From positions 1 through 39,421 of the IMG/VR virus record IMGVR_UViG_3300045740_000083: a stretch of 39,421 bases of DNA; one strand, 5' to 3'. Under the pieces are notes generated by a model. The model was not told the origin of the DNA. It saw only the letters and a list, made by a program, of their open reading frames with translations, and searched no databases. The DNA is from a virus. Lineage: Duplodnaviria > Caudoviricetes. Below, piece after piece: positions 28,201 through 36,341 of the stretch (positions within the stretch are counted from its first letter, which is position 1; the number at the start of each line of letters is the position of its first letter). A program made the translations under genes and the position numbers.

Positions 28201-28202
28201 AA
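22293..28202 (+). CDS. Large virion structural protein (baseplate/tail fibre-like), 1969 aa
   Basis: Cyanomyovirus-type N-terminus (ILYVDP...D...N.GNSLARPFKTIQRALIE), repeated H.L..G..V.I...YNG.F.V modules, and a fibre-like C-terminus (GRVGINT, TFTLP...G..NQVL...GSG.LSW). Confidence 0.8.
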   Translation: MGLSRLDNFLKSTRGTILYVDPSSLDSTDSIENQGNSLARPFKTIQRALIEASRFSYQRGLDNDRFNKTTIVLYPGDHLVDNRPGYIPDGANNFRLRSGATTDNLPPFDLTTNFDLTTEDNALYKLNSIHGGVIIPRGTSIVGMDLRKTKIRPKYVPNPENDQIERSAVFRVTGGCYLWQFSILDADPNGICYKDYTTNIFVPNFSHHKLAAFEYADGVNNVSIADDFQTYSTDRTDLDMYYEKVGIVYGQASGRPIEPDYPSSTLDIQAVVDEYRIVGSRGAEVGISSIKAGNGITPTTTITVTLQEELPGLNVDTPISIQGITAAGYNGQYVVSEVNSSTEIVYQVQNAPANALPSATGATLNIAVDTVTSASPYIFNISMRSVYGMCGLLADGSKADGFKSMVIAQFTGIGLQKDDKAFVKYDSTSGTYKDYTVISSLHTDSRAKFRPEYENFHIKATNNAFLQLVSIFAIGYAQHFVAESGGDHSITNSNSNFGAKSLVASGYRNEAFPRDDIGYITHIIPPKENVETETSIEFVAIDVGVTTSVSAGAATTSKLYLYNELNRDVPPTTTIDGYRVGAKQNDRLFVQISQAGITTEYSARIIMPNTAGGSETSYQKSFAVGRNAGINSITANVVTLGQNHTFISGESIRVFAENGHLPDGLENNQVYYAITNTIDGALNANQIKIAQSLNDALRNSSLTINNKGGILKVVSRVSDKLPGEIGHPVQFDTQWYVNVATASSENSLYGAIVGLGTANLGQATPRSYIKRTPDTRSIIDTTYRLRYVLPKDSSLSARPPLDGYIIQESGNVIGSGTTEIVKYFNPSTATLSNSTELRNFRFIANAEWDGTYAKITTELPHNLTVGSQVEVINIKSTANPVGVANSEYNGTFTVAGITSTKQFSYALDSNPGTFTNDTSVRNSSLPYFRRKTFAGTYQIYRSQEIKKYVPGIQDGVYHLIVTNSSNSPTVEPFTSLRFSQPIQNLYPQTNRDNVVSDPEAATCFALPDTIGQVVVNDSQRSITKESLGAGFLDFNVGVGLTNVVSNSAGTAHTFYTRLDHGFAGITSVSIVTGGAAYGSGSSGNAYNARLVGFAGSTTGQNATAQVTFDSSGTITSIQIMDGGSAYGIGNTLSVVGIATTTGFTEAVVEVTHIEDSINNSIHLYGVTPESNNEYNSLYRISGITTGNTKQFEVVSANPINNPSQVGLGITATLTSNAVSAGKALGVSTISYLPSSGLSTITFYNAHGLFVGNKVRIGGASDNFFNKDVVVTKINGQSSLTVNVGLGTTVVGTGGSIFVYRYAISSNSGDVTNDNENIGGRLLTEYAGITTTLNADILGSDPDTTPLTIVGADTLGLKIGDYLQVDEEIFRVKETVSGNSVNVFRELFGTSRETHTTGTIVKKINLRPIELRRNSIIRASGHTFEYLGFGPGNYSTALPERQDRIVSPQEELIAQSTKVDGGISIFTAMNSDGDFYTGNKKVNSATGQEEVFDAPVPTVTGEEIDTGNISVGFDVLTPLEASITRSLRVEGGPDGNLVSEFDGPVIFNNKITSNSSKGIEATSLFLQGTENVSRKYTISNTKPTLAGNYGDINFNSLPNKYGFVGWSYVTTNTWEPFGFIGGQGVGISSGGSYVGFSTLLNLVATGFTFGVSYDSASGISTITWDADPRIGIYTGANASNFLGRVKNLNFVGGAITLSGGTDVGIATIYISTTGVAGTNPGLPLNSLQWNNNDAFNGTPIAFYDPNLGQIRFGSDTNILNSIFFNSAGSVGFASTQPTSKVEIVADNETSLYIKSTSGTDIVRVDNSLNDTTPFIIDANGRVGINTGTTVAALDVVGNAAITGAVRIYEIDRSNYVGLQVGSLGSNLTFTLPTSYGSANQVLTDNGSGTLSWTSVSRQNVAAGNGISLTNATSGGITTSTITNTGVTKIIAGLGVSISPASGTGDVTVTASGGSGTLYPFTTRGFSYVLI

Positions 28203-28435
28203 GATCCATCTTCTTTGATAACAGCAATATTATAAGGACCACACACGGCACTGAATGATTGATTTGGTGCCAACATCACTTCTTTTGGTAGTGGTCCTGA
28301 TGCTGATACTGCAGAAACTCCTGCCCAGTTAACAGCAGTTGCATTCGAAAGAAAGTTAAGAATAACACGGACATTTTTACCTGTGTTATTTGTATATGTT
28401 GGATTTGATGCTCCACTAAAAACTTGAGATGCCAT
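28199..28435 (-). CDS. Small protein, paralog of 28437-28898
   Basis: MASQVFSGASNPTYTNNTGKNVRVILNF...PKEVMLAPNQSFSAVCGPYNIAVIKEDGS. Start moved to ATG 28435. Confidence 0.75.
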   Translation of the reverse strand: MASQVFSGASNPTYTNNTGKNVRVILNFLSNATAVNWAGVSAVSASGPLPKEVMLAPNQSFSAVCGPYNIAVIKEDGS

Positions 28436-28436
28436 A

Positions 28437-28898
28437 TCAGGTCCCATCCTCTTTGATTACGATAGCATTATAAGCACCACAAACAGAAGTAAATGATTGT
28501 CCGTTTGCAAGCATTATTTCTGTTGGAAAATTTCTATTTGTTGATGGAACTAGATTTAATGTTCCCGTTGCTGGATTAGGTGGAGACGTTGGAACAGAAC
28601 GTGGATCTTGAAGTGTAAAATCAATAGGTCCATTAATAGTTGCTCTAAATATATTATCATTACCACCAGGTATAATTCTTGCATTAAGATATCCTGTAGG
28701 TATAGTCATAGTAAAATTAGATGCACTATAAGAAATAGGAACATCTTTACCAATTGTGGTAGCACTTGCAGTTACTGTTACTCCTGCCCAAGTCATCGAA
28801 GTAACATTAGACATATAATTAATAATTAATCTAACATTCTGACCTGTATTATTTGTATAGGAAGCATTATTTGCTCCACTCAATATCTGAGACGCCAT
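28437..28898 (-). CDS. Putative fibre-associated protein
   Basis: MASQILSGANNASYTNNTGQNVRLIINY...PTEIMLANGQSFTSVCGAYNAIVIKEDGT. Late promoter upstream. Confidence 0.75.
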   Translation of the reverse strand: MASQILSGANNASYTNNTGQNVRLIINYMSNVTSMTWAGVTVTASATTIGKDVPISYSASNFTMTIPTGYLNARIIPGGNDNIFRATINGPIDFTLQDPRSVPTSPPNPATGTLNLVPSTNRNFPTEIMLANGQSFTSVCGAYNAIVIKEDGT

Positions 28899-28922
28899 AT
28901 TAATTCTTAAATGCTTTTCTTG

Positions 28923-28934
28923 TATTTATAAATA
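28923..28934. promoter_or_regulatory. Bidirectional late promoter
   Basis: The perfect palindrome TATTTATAAATA gives TATAAATA on both strands between divergent genes. Confidence 0.8.
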
Positions 28935-28960
28935 AGTAAAAAGGTTGGCGCTCTCCACCG

Positions 28961-31471
28961 ATGGCATTTCAAAAGAATTTTGTCGTAAAAAACGGGTTAG
29001 AAGTTAGAGATAATCTTATATTTGCTGATAATGAGGCAAATACGGTTGGAATTGGGACTACTATTGCCGAAGAAAAACTTCAAGTAAATGGTGGAATTGG
29101 TGGTACAAGTATTGTTTTAAGTGGTGTCGGCACCATACCAACAATCAAATCCACAAATGCTCTAATTGATAATGGATATATAAATTCTGGTATTGTAACT
29201 TCGATTACTGGCACGGGACTAACATATACTACCGGTAATTTTAATATACTTAATGCCACTACAGGTAACATAGTTTCTGGAGTAGTAACAAACTTAACAG
29301 GAACTATATCAACTTATACCACTGGTAATTTTACTACAGGTAATCTCACAACACTTAATGCCACCACTGGTAACATAGTTTCTGGAGTAGTAACAAATCT
29401 CTCCGGGACTATATCAACTTATACGAGTGCTAATCTCACAACACTTAATGCCACCACTGGTAATATAGTTTCTGGAGTTGTTACTAATCTTTCTGGTACT
29501 ATATCAACTTACACCACAGGTAATCTCACAACACTTAATGCCACTACAGGTAACATAGTTTCTGGAATTGTTACAAACTTATCAGGAACTATATCAACTT
29601 ATACTACAGGTAATTTTACCACACTTAATGCCACCACTGGTAATATAGTTTCTGGAGTTGTTACTAATCTTTCTGGTACTATATCAACTTATACTAGTGC
29701 TAATCTTACCACACTTAATGCCACCACTGGTAATATAGTTTCTGGAGTTGTTACTAATCTTTCTGGTACTATATCAACTTATACTACAGGTAATTTTACC
29801 ACAGGTAATTTTACCACAGGCAATCTCACAACACTTAATGCCACCACTGGTAATATAGTTTCTGGAGTTGTTACTAATCTTTCTGGTACTATATCAACTT
29901 ATACTAATTCATATTCAACAACACTAAACTCAGGAACAGTTTTAACATCAAATCTTTATGCAGTTTCTGGTGTTGTTACTTCTGTCAGTGGTTCTGCATT
30001 AAATTACACAAATATATCAGGTTCTCGTTTAAATGTTTCTGGTGTTTCTACAGTTGGATCACTTTCTATTGGTTCGACTCAGATCATTAGTTCAGGTAGA
30101 CAACTTCAAAATATAGTTTCTTTAGATTCTACCACCACATCCACAGTTCAGAATGCAATCACATTCCCTAATAGTTTTACCAATATTCAAGTAACAGGTA
30201 TTGCTACTATTGGAACTGTTAGAATTAACTCTGGTATTATTAGTGCAACATCGGGTGTTGTAACTTATTATGGAGATGCTACATATCTACAAAATATTCC
30301 TCCAGGTAATCCAAGTGGTTCGGATACTCAAGTTCAGTATAATAATGCAGGATCATTTGGTGCAAGTAGCAACTTCACTTTTAATGGTGGAACTGTAACT
30401 GTAGGATCTGCTGTTACTATAAATGCAACAGGAATTAATGCAAATTCTGGTGTTATTACAGCAACTACTTTTGTTGGTTCTTTGAGTGGTAATTCAACTA
30501 CTGCAACTACTGCTACTAACGCAAATAATATTAATGTTGCTGATGAAAGTGCTGATACTACTTGTTTCCCCGTATTTACAACCGATGCAACAGGAAATCA
30601 GGCACCTAAGACAGATTCTAGTTCTTTAACATACAACGCATCTGCAGGAACTTTATCAGCAACTAATTTTAGTGGAACTACTGCAACAATATCGGGAAAT
30701 TCTTCAGGAAATATTGTAAGAATTACTCAAGAAGGATCTGGAAATGCTTTATTAGTTGAAGACTCTGCAAATCCAGACACAACTCCTTTTGTCGTTACTG
30801 GTATTGGTAGTGTTGGTATTGGAACATCAGCACCAATTAACACCTTAGATGTTCATGGAACTCTCCGACTTGCAAGACAAGATTCGGTTTCTGATGGTGG
30901 AGAAATGGTCTTTGCCAGATCATCAGATAATACTAATGCATGGGCTATTGATGTATTTGGAAGTGGTTCAAATCCAAACTTTAGAATTACAGATTCTACT
31001 CAATCAGCAACAAGAATTCATATTGGATCTGGTGGTAATGTAGGTATTGGTTCTACTGCAACATCAAGACTTCATGTATTTGGTAATGCAAATATAACTG
31101 GTATAATAACTGCAACTCAAACATCTACAGTTTTAACAAATTATTCCGAAAAAATAAATGCTTTAGGAAATACAGGAATTGCAGCAACCGTTAATCTTGC
31201 AAATGGAAATTTTGTAACAGCAACTCTCACTGATAATTGCACATTTACTTTCACGACAGGTATTGGAACAGGTGCTCAATCATTTACATTATTCTTGACA
31301 AATGATGCAACACCAAGTAGAACAATTACTTGGCCAGTAACTGTCAAGTGGCCTGGTGGATCTACTCCAGTTAGAACAGAAACTGCAAATAAGACTGATG
31401 TATATTCATTCTTTACCTTTGACAACGGATCTAACTGGTACGGAACTCTGTCTATATACAATTACTCATAA
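28961..31471 (+). CDS. Tail fibre protein with tandem 30-aa repeats
   Basis: KNFVVKNGL N-terminus, VGIGT..P...LDV.G fibre motifs, T/S/G/N-rich. C-terminal domain ITWP..VKWPGG..P......TDVYSFFTFD.G.NWYG. Confidence 0.85.
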   Translation: MAFQKNFVVKNGLEVRDNLIFADNEANTVGIGTTIAEEKLQVNGGIGGTSIVLSGVGTIPTIKSTNALIDNGYINSGIVTSITGTGLTYTTGNFNILNATTGNIVSGVVTNLTGTISTYTTGNFTTGNLTTLNATTGNIVSGVVTNLSGTISTYTSANLTTLNATTGNIVSGVVTNLSGTISTYTTGNLTTLNATTGNIVSGIVTNLSGTISTYTTGNFTTLNATTGNIVSGVVTNLSGTISTYTSANLTTLNATTGNIVSGVVTNLSGTISTYTTGNFTTGNFTTGNLTTLNATTGNIVSGVVTNLSGTISTYTNSYSTTLNSGTVLTSNLYAVSGVVTSVSGSALNYTNISGSRLNVSGVSTVGSLSIGSTQIISSGRQLQNIVSLDSTTTSTVQNAITFPNSFTNIQVTGIATIGTVRINSGIISATSGVVTYYGDATYLQNIPPGNPSGSDTQVQYNNAGSFGASSNFTFNGGTVTVGSAVTINATGINANSGVITATTFVGSLSGNSTTATTATNANNINVADESADTTCFPVFTTDATGNQAPKTDSSSLTYNASAGTLSATNFSGTTATISGNSSGNIVRITQEGSGNALLVEDSANPDTTPFVVTGIGSVGIGTSAPINTLDVHGTLRLARQDSVSDGGEMVFARSSDNTNAWAIDVFGSGSNPNFRITDSTQSATRIHIGSGGNVGIGSTATSRLHVFGNANITGIITATQTSTVLTNYSEKINALGNTGIAATVNLANGNFVTATLTDNCTFTFTTGIGTGAQSFTLFLTNDATPSRTITWPVTVKWPGGSTPVRTETANKTDVYSFFTFDNGSNWYGTLSIYNYS
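29225..29905 (+). repeat. Coding tandem repeat, about 7 x 90 bp, with extra 15-bp subunits
   Basis: Unit TLNATTGNIVSGVVTNLSGTISTYT(T/S)(G/A)N(L/F)T starts near 29246, 29351, 29441, 29531, 29621, 29711 and 29831. Confidence 0.92.
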
Positions 31472-31481
31472 TTAATTCTCT

Positions 31482-32072
31482 ATGAAAACACAATATAATG
31501 ACTTTATTGGGATGTACCAAGAGGTATTCCCAGATGGATTTTGTAGTCACGTAATTTCTGAGTTTGAAAGATTATTAGTATCTGGTGCTTGTTCCAACCG
31601 TCAGGATTCTGAAGGAATAACAAAGACAAGAAAACAAGATTTTCATTATTTCTTGAATATGAGAAATAATGTGATGTCAGATTTTAATAATGTTCCAGTT
31701 TTAGATATATTTTTTAATAGTCTACAGAATTGTTTTGATGATTATGTAAGTGAATTTGATATTCTAAGAGATTACAACTTAAGATGTACATCGGTTAAAA
31801 TACAAAAAACAGATCCTGGGGCAGGATATCACGTTTGGCACGCAGAACAAGGTCCTGATGCTGATTCCTCAAGATGTTTAGTATATTCCGCATATCTAAA
31901 TGATATTGATGATGCAGGAGAAACTGAGTTCTTGTATCAGAAACTTAGAGTTCCACCAAAAGAAAACACGATGGTCATTTGGCCTGCTGCATTTACTCAT
32001 ACTCATCGGGGTAATGTAGTTCACGGGAATAAATCTAAATACATAATAACAGGTTGGTTTTATATAGAGTAA
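31482..32072 (+). CDS. 2OG-Fe(II) oxygenase (prolyl 4-hydroxylase-like)
   Basis: GYHVWHAE, YLND...GETEF, IWPA.FTH.HRG and KYIITGW motifs. Confidence 0.88.
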   Translation: MKTQYNDFIGMYQEVFPDGFCSHVISEFERLLVSGACSNRQDSEGITKTRKQDFHYFLNMRNNVMSDFNNVPVLDIFFNSLQNCFDDYVSEFDILRDYNLRCTSVKIQKTDPGAGYHVWHAEQGPDADSSRCLVYSAYLNDIDDAGETEFLYQKLRVPPKENTMVIWPAAFTHTHRGNVVHGNKSKYIITGWFYIE

Positions 32073-32073
32073 A

Positions 32074-33087
32074 ATGACATTTCCATTCAATATTAGAAGG
32101 GGAAATATGCAGGCAGCAGGGAGCATTACTTTTAATGCTCCTGGAACTTGGACAACTCCTGCACGTCTCTTAAGAATAAATGTTGAAGGACAGGGAGGAG
32201 CAGGAAATCCTGGTGCTGTTGGCACTGGTGGAACTGCAGGAACTGGGGGAACTGGTAATAGTGCAACCTCCGGAGCAGGAGGAGGTGGTGGAGGAGGAGG
32301 AGCTGCACAAACAACTCCTACTGATGCTGGAGATGGAGGAAGTCCTGGATCTAGTGGTTTAGCTGGCGGAGGAACTGGAAATATTGGTGGTGGTGCCGGT
32401 TTCGGGGGCGGCCGACCAACGGCGGTGCCTGGTTTTGGGAATGCGGGGAATGCTGGATCTTCTGGACCAGCAGGAGTTGCAAATCCAGGGAATGCAGGAA
32501 ACCCAGGAAATATTGGTATTTCTGGAAACACTGGAGATTCTTCTATTGCATTTGGAATTACATTTCTTGGTGGCGCTGGCGGTGCGGGCGGTACTGGAAA
32601 TGCTGGAACTCCTGGAAATCCCGGAAATCAGGGTGCAGGTGGGGGACATGGAAATGGAGGTGGTGGTGGTGGTAGAGTACCAGGGCCTGCTGCTGGGGGT
32701 CTAGCTGGTTCTGGTGGGCCACCTGGTGGATCTTCTGGTACTGGAGGTAGTCCTGGAGGTTCTACTAGTCCCAACGGTGTTCGAGGTGGTGGTGGATCTG
32801 GAGGAGCAGGACCTGGAGGAGCAGGTGGAGCAGGTGGACAAGGTGGTAGGAACCCAGCGCTTCCTGCAGGAGGTGGTGCAGGTGGAGGAGGAGGTGGAGG
32901 TGCCGGTGGTCCTGGATCTTTAGGAAATCCAGGAAGCTCAGGAATTGCAGGAAATCCAGTAGCAGGAAGTGTGGGAGATCCAGCAACTCCAAGCACATCT
33001 ACATCAGTTGTCGTAACACCTAGAACAGCATATCCAATTACTGTTGCCCCAGGAGGGTTCGTCACAATTACCTGGAACGCACAATAA
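32074..33087 (+). CDS. Glycine-rich putative fibre/adhesin protein
   Basis: Very Gly-rich, with GGAGG/GGGGG runs and GNPG/GNAG triplets. Short non-repetitive N- and C-terminal beta segments. Locally GC-rich. Confidence 0.8.
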   Translation: MTFPFNIRRGNMQAAGSITFNAPGTWTTPARLLRINVEGQGGAGNPGAVGTGGTAGTGGTGNSATSGAGGGGGGGGAAQTTPTDAGDGGSPGSSGLAGGGTGNIGGGAGFGGGRPTAVPGFGNAGNAGSSGPAGVANPGNAGNPGNIGISGNTGDSSIAFGITFLGGAGGAGGTGNAGTPGNPGNQGAGGGHGNGGGGGGRVPGPAAGGLAGSGGPPGGSSGTGGSPGGSTSPNGVRGGGGSGGAGPGGAGGAGGQGGRNPALPAGGGAGGGGGGGAGGPGSLGNPGSSGIAGNPVAGSVGDPATPSTSTSVVVTPRTAYPITVAPGGFVTITWNAQ

Positions 33088-33112
33088 ATACAAAAAACAC
33101 TGAAGGTTTATT

Positions 33113-33532
33113 ATGGCACCTAAGAAAATATCAAAGACACGTCAAAAAATTCACGAAATTTACGAGCAAAACGAACTTGCCGGACTTCAACAAACTCAAA
33201 CCAGAGCACGTTCATTTACAATTGGAACAACAACTGGTGGTATTATTGAAGTTTCGATGAGAGGAGATTTTGCAAATCTTTGGTATCTTTTACAACCCGT
33301 AGAAGCAGTTGAAATCATCAATCAACTTGCTGCAGCAGCAGGAGTTGAGGTTGCGATGAGACCAAGACAAGATTTTGCATCTTGGAGATCTTGGGATACT
33401 TCACTTCCACCAAGTGTTCACTGGATGGGAACTGCACCTTGGCAACTTACTGATGAAGCAAGAGAGCAATTAGAAGCAGCAAAAGCAAAAAATATCAAAG
33501 CAATTGAAGAATCTCAAAATGAATCTGAATGA
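33113..33532 (+). CDS. Hypothetical protein
   Basis: 139-aa ORF preceded by AATAAATA (33083-33090) and AAGG. Confidence 0.7.
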   Translation: MAPKKISKTRQKIHEIYEQNELAGLQQTQTRARSFTIGTTTGGIIEVSMRGDFANLWYLLQPVEAVEIINQLAAAAGVEVAMRPRQDFASWRSWDTSLPPSVHWMGTAPWQLTDEAREQLEAAKAKNIKAIEESQNESE

Positions 33533-34058
33533 TTTTTATATTTTAGTTGATACTGAAAACAAACAAGTAATTGACAAAATTCAAAAATTACCTAAGAACT
33601 GGAAAAATATTGCAGGTCTTCCTGGTCTTTCTGATGAAAAACTAGAAGATTTAAAATGGGCAGGACATCATAATCTTGGATGGATTAATATTTCTTCACC
33701 TAAGATTAAAGATTTTAAGATGTCTCCAGAAAACTTGGAACTGAATAAAAATACTTTAAAGGTTCTGATTTCAGAAAAAAGAAAAGAAAAACAAGATACT
33801 ATAATTGAGTATAAGACTGCAAAATTCAAGACAGATATAGAAACACGATATTCTTTATTTCTTATAAAAAATTCTAACCAAAAAGAAGTAAATTTTAAGT
33901 GCGTAAATGGATACTATAGATTTACACTTGCAGAAATATCTGAGGTTTATAATCTAATTGAAAATAGAATACAAAGTCTGTTTGATGAAGAAATGAAAAT
34001 TTACTCTCAGATTGACTCTTGTTCGACTTTAGAGCATCTATCAGGAATAAGTGCTTAA
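33519..34058 (+). CDS. Putative tail fibre assembly protein (DUF4376-like)
   Basis: LP.NW.NI.GL..LSDE.L..L.W...GW N-terminus and F.TD..T...F..E....QID.C.TLE.L C-terminus. Start set at ATG 33519. Confidence 0.5.
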   Translation: MNLNDFYILVDTENKQVIDKIQKLPKNWKNIAGLPGLSDEKLEDLKWAGHHNLGWINISSPKIKDFKMSPENLELNKNTLKVLISEKRKEKQDTIIEYKTAKFKTDIETRYSLFLIKNSNQKEVNFKCVNGYYRFTLAEISEVYNLIENRIQSLFDEEMKIYSQIDSCSTLEHLSGISA

Positions 34059-34061
34059 AAT

Positions 34062-34090
34062 TTGACAATTAAACAAAACTAGCATATACT
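34062..34090 (+). promoter_or_regulatory. sigma70-like early promoter for the oxygenase trio
   Basis: TTGACA(34062-34067)-17 nt-TATACT(34085-34090). Confidence 0.72.
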
Positions 34091-34113
34091 ATTTTTGAGT
34101 ATATTATTGATAT

Positions 34114-34749
34114 ATGGCTTTCCAATCTATCTGGTACTACACCAATCTTCCAAATAAAGTTATTGATGTTTTAGAAGAAGATCTTGCAGAAAATTTCGAT
34201 CCACAACTGCAAGATTCGCAAGTTGGTGAAGGTGATTATGGAACTGTAGACAAAGATAAAAGAAACGCACGAAATGCTTGGGTTCCTACAACTCACTGGG
34301 TAGCAGGATTTGTCTGGCATTATGTTCAACGTGCAAACCGTGAGAACTTTCTATATGACCTGACAAATATTGATGGAGAAGCACTTCAATATACTGTGTA
34401 TGGAGAAGGTGAATATTATGGTTGGCATAATGATGCAGGACTTGCTTCTCATTACAAACCCCAATCATCAGGAAATCGTGGTCATGGTGGAGAAATTGTA
34501 AATGATTTTGTAAATGAAAACTGTGAAAAAGTAAGAAAGTTATCTTTTAGTTTACTTCTTTCCGACCCCGATACTTATGAAGGTGGAAATCTTCAACTGC
34601 TGGATGAATCGGGAAAATCTTATATTGCGCCAAGGCAACGAGGGACGATTATTCTTTTCGATTCCCGAGCACAACACCGAGTTCAGAAAGTAACTAAAGG
34701 TATCCGTAAGAGTCTTGTAGGTTGGACAGTGGGACCTCGTTGGAGGTAA
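34114..34749 (+). CDS. 2OG-Fe(II) oxygenase (PKHD/P4H-type)
   Basis: LQYT.Y....YYGWHND, RKLSFSL.LS....YEGG.L and FDS...HRV.KVTKG.RKSLVGW motifs. Confidence 0.9.
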   Translation: MAFQSIWYYTNLPNKVIDVLEEDLAENFDPQLQDSQVGEGDYGTVDKDKRNARNAWVPTTHWVAGFVWHYVQRANRENFLYDLTNIDGEALQYTVYGEGEYYGWHNDAGLASHYKPQSSGNRGHGGEIVNDFVNENCEKVRKLSFSLLLSDPDTYEGGNLQLLDESGKSYIAPRQRGTIILFDSRAQHRVQKVTKGIRKSLVGWTVGPRWR

Positions 34750-34752
34750 AAT

Positions 34753-35256
34753 ATGAAAGTAAAATGTGAATTTGATGTTTTATCTTTTTATTATCCATAT
34801 CATAAAGAATTAAAAAAAGAAGTCTTAAATTATTTGCATAATTATCAAGACAAGCAAAATAAATCCACAAATGTAAAAGCAACTATGACGGAGTGGAATT
34901 TTACTACTCCACAAATAGAAAAATTAAAAAAATTTGTTTACTCTAATTTAATATTTTTTGTTTCGGAAGAATGTATAAAAAGAGCATACTTCTCTGATTT
35001 TTGGGCAAATATTTATAATGAAGGAGATTATACAGTGCCTCACGATCATCTAACAAATTGTTTTTCCTTTGTTTATTTCTTACAATCGAAAATATATCAT
35101 TCACCATTAATTTTTTCTGATAGTAAAAAAAGAGTTGTACCTAAAGAAGGAAATTTTTTAATTTTTTCTAGTAGTATTGTACACGAAGTTCCAAAACATA
35201 AACATAAAGAAAATAGAATAACATTAGCAGGAAATATTAATTTTATTAGAAAATAA
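34753..35256 (+). CDS. 2OG-Fe(II) oxygenase (TIGR02466-like)
   Basis: WANIY..GDYT.PHDH, FSFVYFL, P.EG..LIF.S...HEVP and RITLAGN motifs. Very AT-rich. Confidence 0.85.
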   Translation: MKVKCEFDVLSFYYPYHKELKKEVLNYLHNYQDKQNKSTNVKATMTEWNFTTPQIEKLKKFVYSNLIFFVSEECIKRAYFSDFWANIYNEGDYTVPHDHLTNCFSFVYFLQSKIYHSPLIFSDSKKRVVPKEGNFLIFSSSIVHEVPKHKHKENRITLAGNINFIRK

Positions 35257-35258
35257 TT

Positions 35259-35978
35259 ATGGCAGAACGTATGACACAAGAACAGATTGACTGGCAAGAA
35301 CGAGTCAATTCTGAAACATCACCAACAAATAATGAAGAGTTTGATAAGAACGGATACTTGATTCTAAGAAATCTGTGGGATCCTCAAGATCTTTATTGCG
35401 AACCACCAGAAATCAAAGGTCAGTATAACTATTTGGGGAAAATTGATAAATTTAATCATATTCCCATAGAAAATCAAGTAGAAGGTTCTACTTCAAGATA
35501 TTATTGGCCTCCGTATAAGTTTGCACATTCTCAGATTCGTATGAAACTTGAGAAAGCAATCGGCAAGAAACTTTATAATACTTATTACTATGATAGGTTT
35601 TATAATCCAGGACAATCACTGAGTAATCATGCAGACCGTCCTGCTTGTGAGATTTCAGTTACAGTTCACATAGGTTCTAATATTAGCACTCCTTGGCCTA
35701 TTTGGATTAAAACTCCAGATACTTATGATGATGCAAAGAAGAGAACATTAGTGTTGAAGAGAGGTGAAAATCGTTCGGTGATTTTAAATCCTGGTGATGG
35801 AATGGTATATAAAGGTTGTGAAAGACCTCACTGGAGAGATCCGATGCCTACTGAATATCGTAGAACTTGGTATGGTAGAAAGGTAGAAAAAGAAGGTTTG
35901 TATTATCATCAAGTTTTCTTTCATTATGTTCTTGCCGATGGTCTCAGAGCACACTGCGCAAATGATATGGCAAGTTAA
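35259..35978 (+). CDS. 2OG-Fe(II) oxygenase-like protein
   Basis: R.Y..G..L..HADRPACEISVT, WPIW, L.PGD...Y.GCE..HWR and QVFFHYV motifs. Confidence 0.8.
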   Translation: MAERMTQEQIDWQERVNSETSPTNNEEFDKNGYLILRNLWDPQDLYCEPPEIKGQYNYLGKIDKFNHIPIENQVEGSTSRYYWPPYKFAHSQIRMKLEKAIGKKLYNTYYYDRFYNPGQSLSNHADRPACEISVTVHIGSNISTPWPIWIKTPDTYDDAKKRTLVLKRGENRSVILNPGDGMVYKGCERPHWRDPMPTEYRRTWYGRKVEKEGLYYHQVFFHYVLADGLRAHCANDMAS

Positions 35979-35981
35979 TTA

Positions 35982-35989
35982 AATAAATA
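35982..35989 (+). promoter_or_regulatory. Late promoter (AATAAATA)
   Basis: AATAAATA 19 nt before ATG 36009. Confidence 0.55.
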
Positions 35990-36008
35990 TATAAAAGTTG
36001 TTCAAGTC

Positions 36009-36341
36009 ATGGCTGTTGCTGCAGTTAATATCGTTATAGAGCAAGGGACTGACTATCAGGAAGTTTTTACTGTCAATAATCCTGATGGTAGTCCCTTAGA
36101 TTTAACTGGTTATACTGGGGTTGCAAAAATTCGCAAATTTCCTGAGTCAGCAACCTCAACTCCATTTGGTGTAGGTATTGTGTCTACTGCTGGACAAGTC
36201 GTTGTATCCCTAGCAAATACCGTTACTGAAGATTTGAAGTCTGGGAGATACTACTATGATGTAATTATTACATCATCAGCAGGTAAAAAAACTAAAGTTG
36301 TTGATGGGATGGTGCTTGTAAATTCTAGCGAGTCAATCTAA
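36009..36341 (+). CDS. Small virion protein (fibre adaptor / BppU-N-like Ig fold)
   Basis: NIVIEQGTD....F.......PLDLTGYT..AKIRK...G.V.VSL....T..L..GRYYYDV.I......KVVDG.V.V pattern. Coupled (TAATG) to the collagen gene. Confidence 0.65.
   Translation: MAVAAVNIVIEQGTDYQEVFTVNNPDGSPLDLTGYTGVAKIRKFPESATSTPFGVGIVSTAGQVVVSLANTVTEDLKSGRYYYDVIITSSAGKKTKVVDGMVLVNSSESI

Noticed and set aside
28199-28898. Diversity-generating retroelement or invertible cassette
   Set aside because: No reverse transcriptase or recombinase is in the window. The paralogs differ at all base types, and I saw no flanking inverted repeats.
29225-29905. Possible CRISPR array
   Set aside because: The repeats are contiguous, in frame and coding, with no unique spacers.
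31896-33065. Pro-rich minus-strand ORFs (211 aa, 145 aa)
   Set aside because: They are the antisense reading of Gly codons in the Gly-rich gene and have no independent expression signals.
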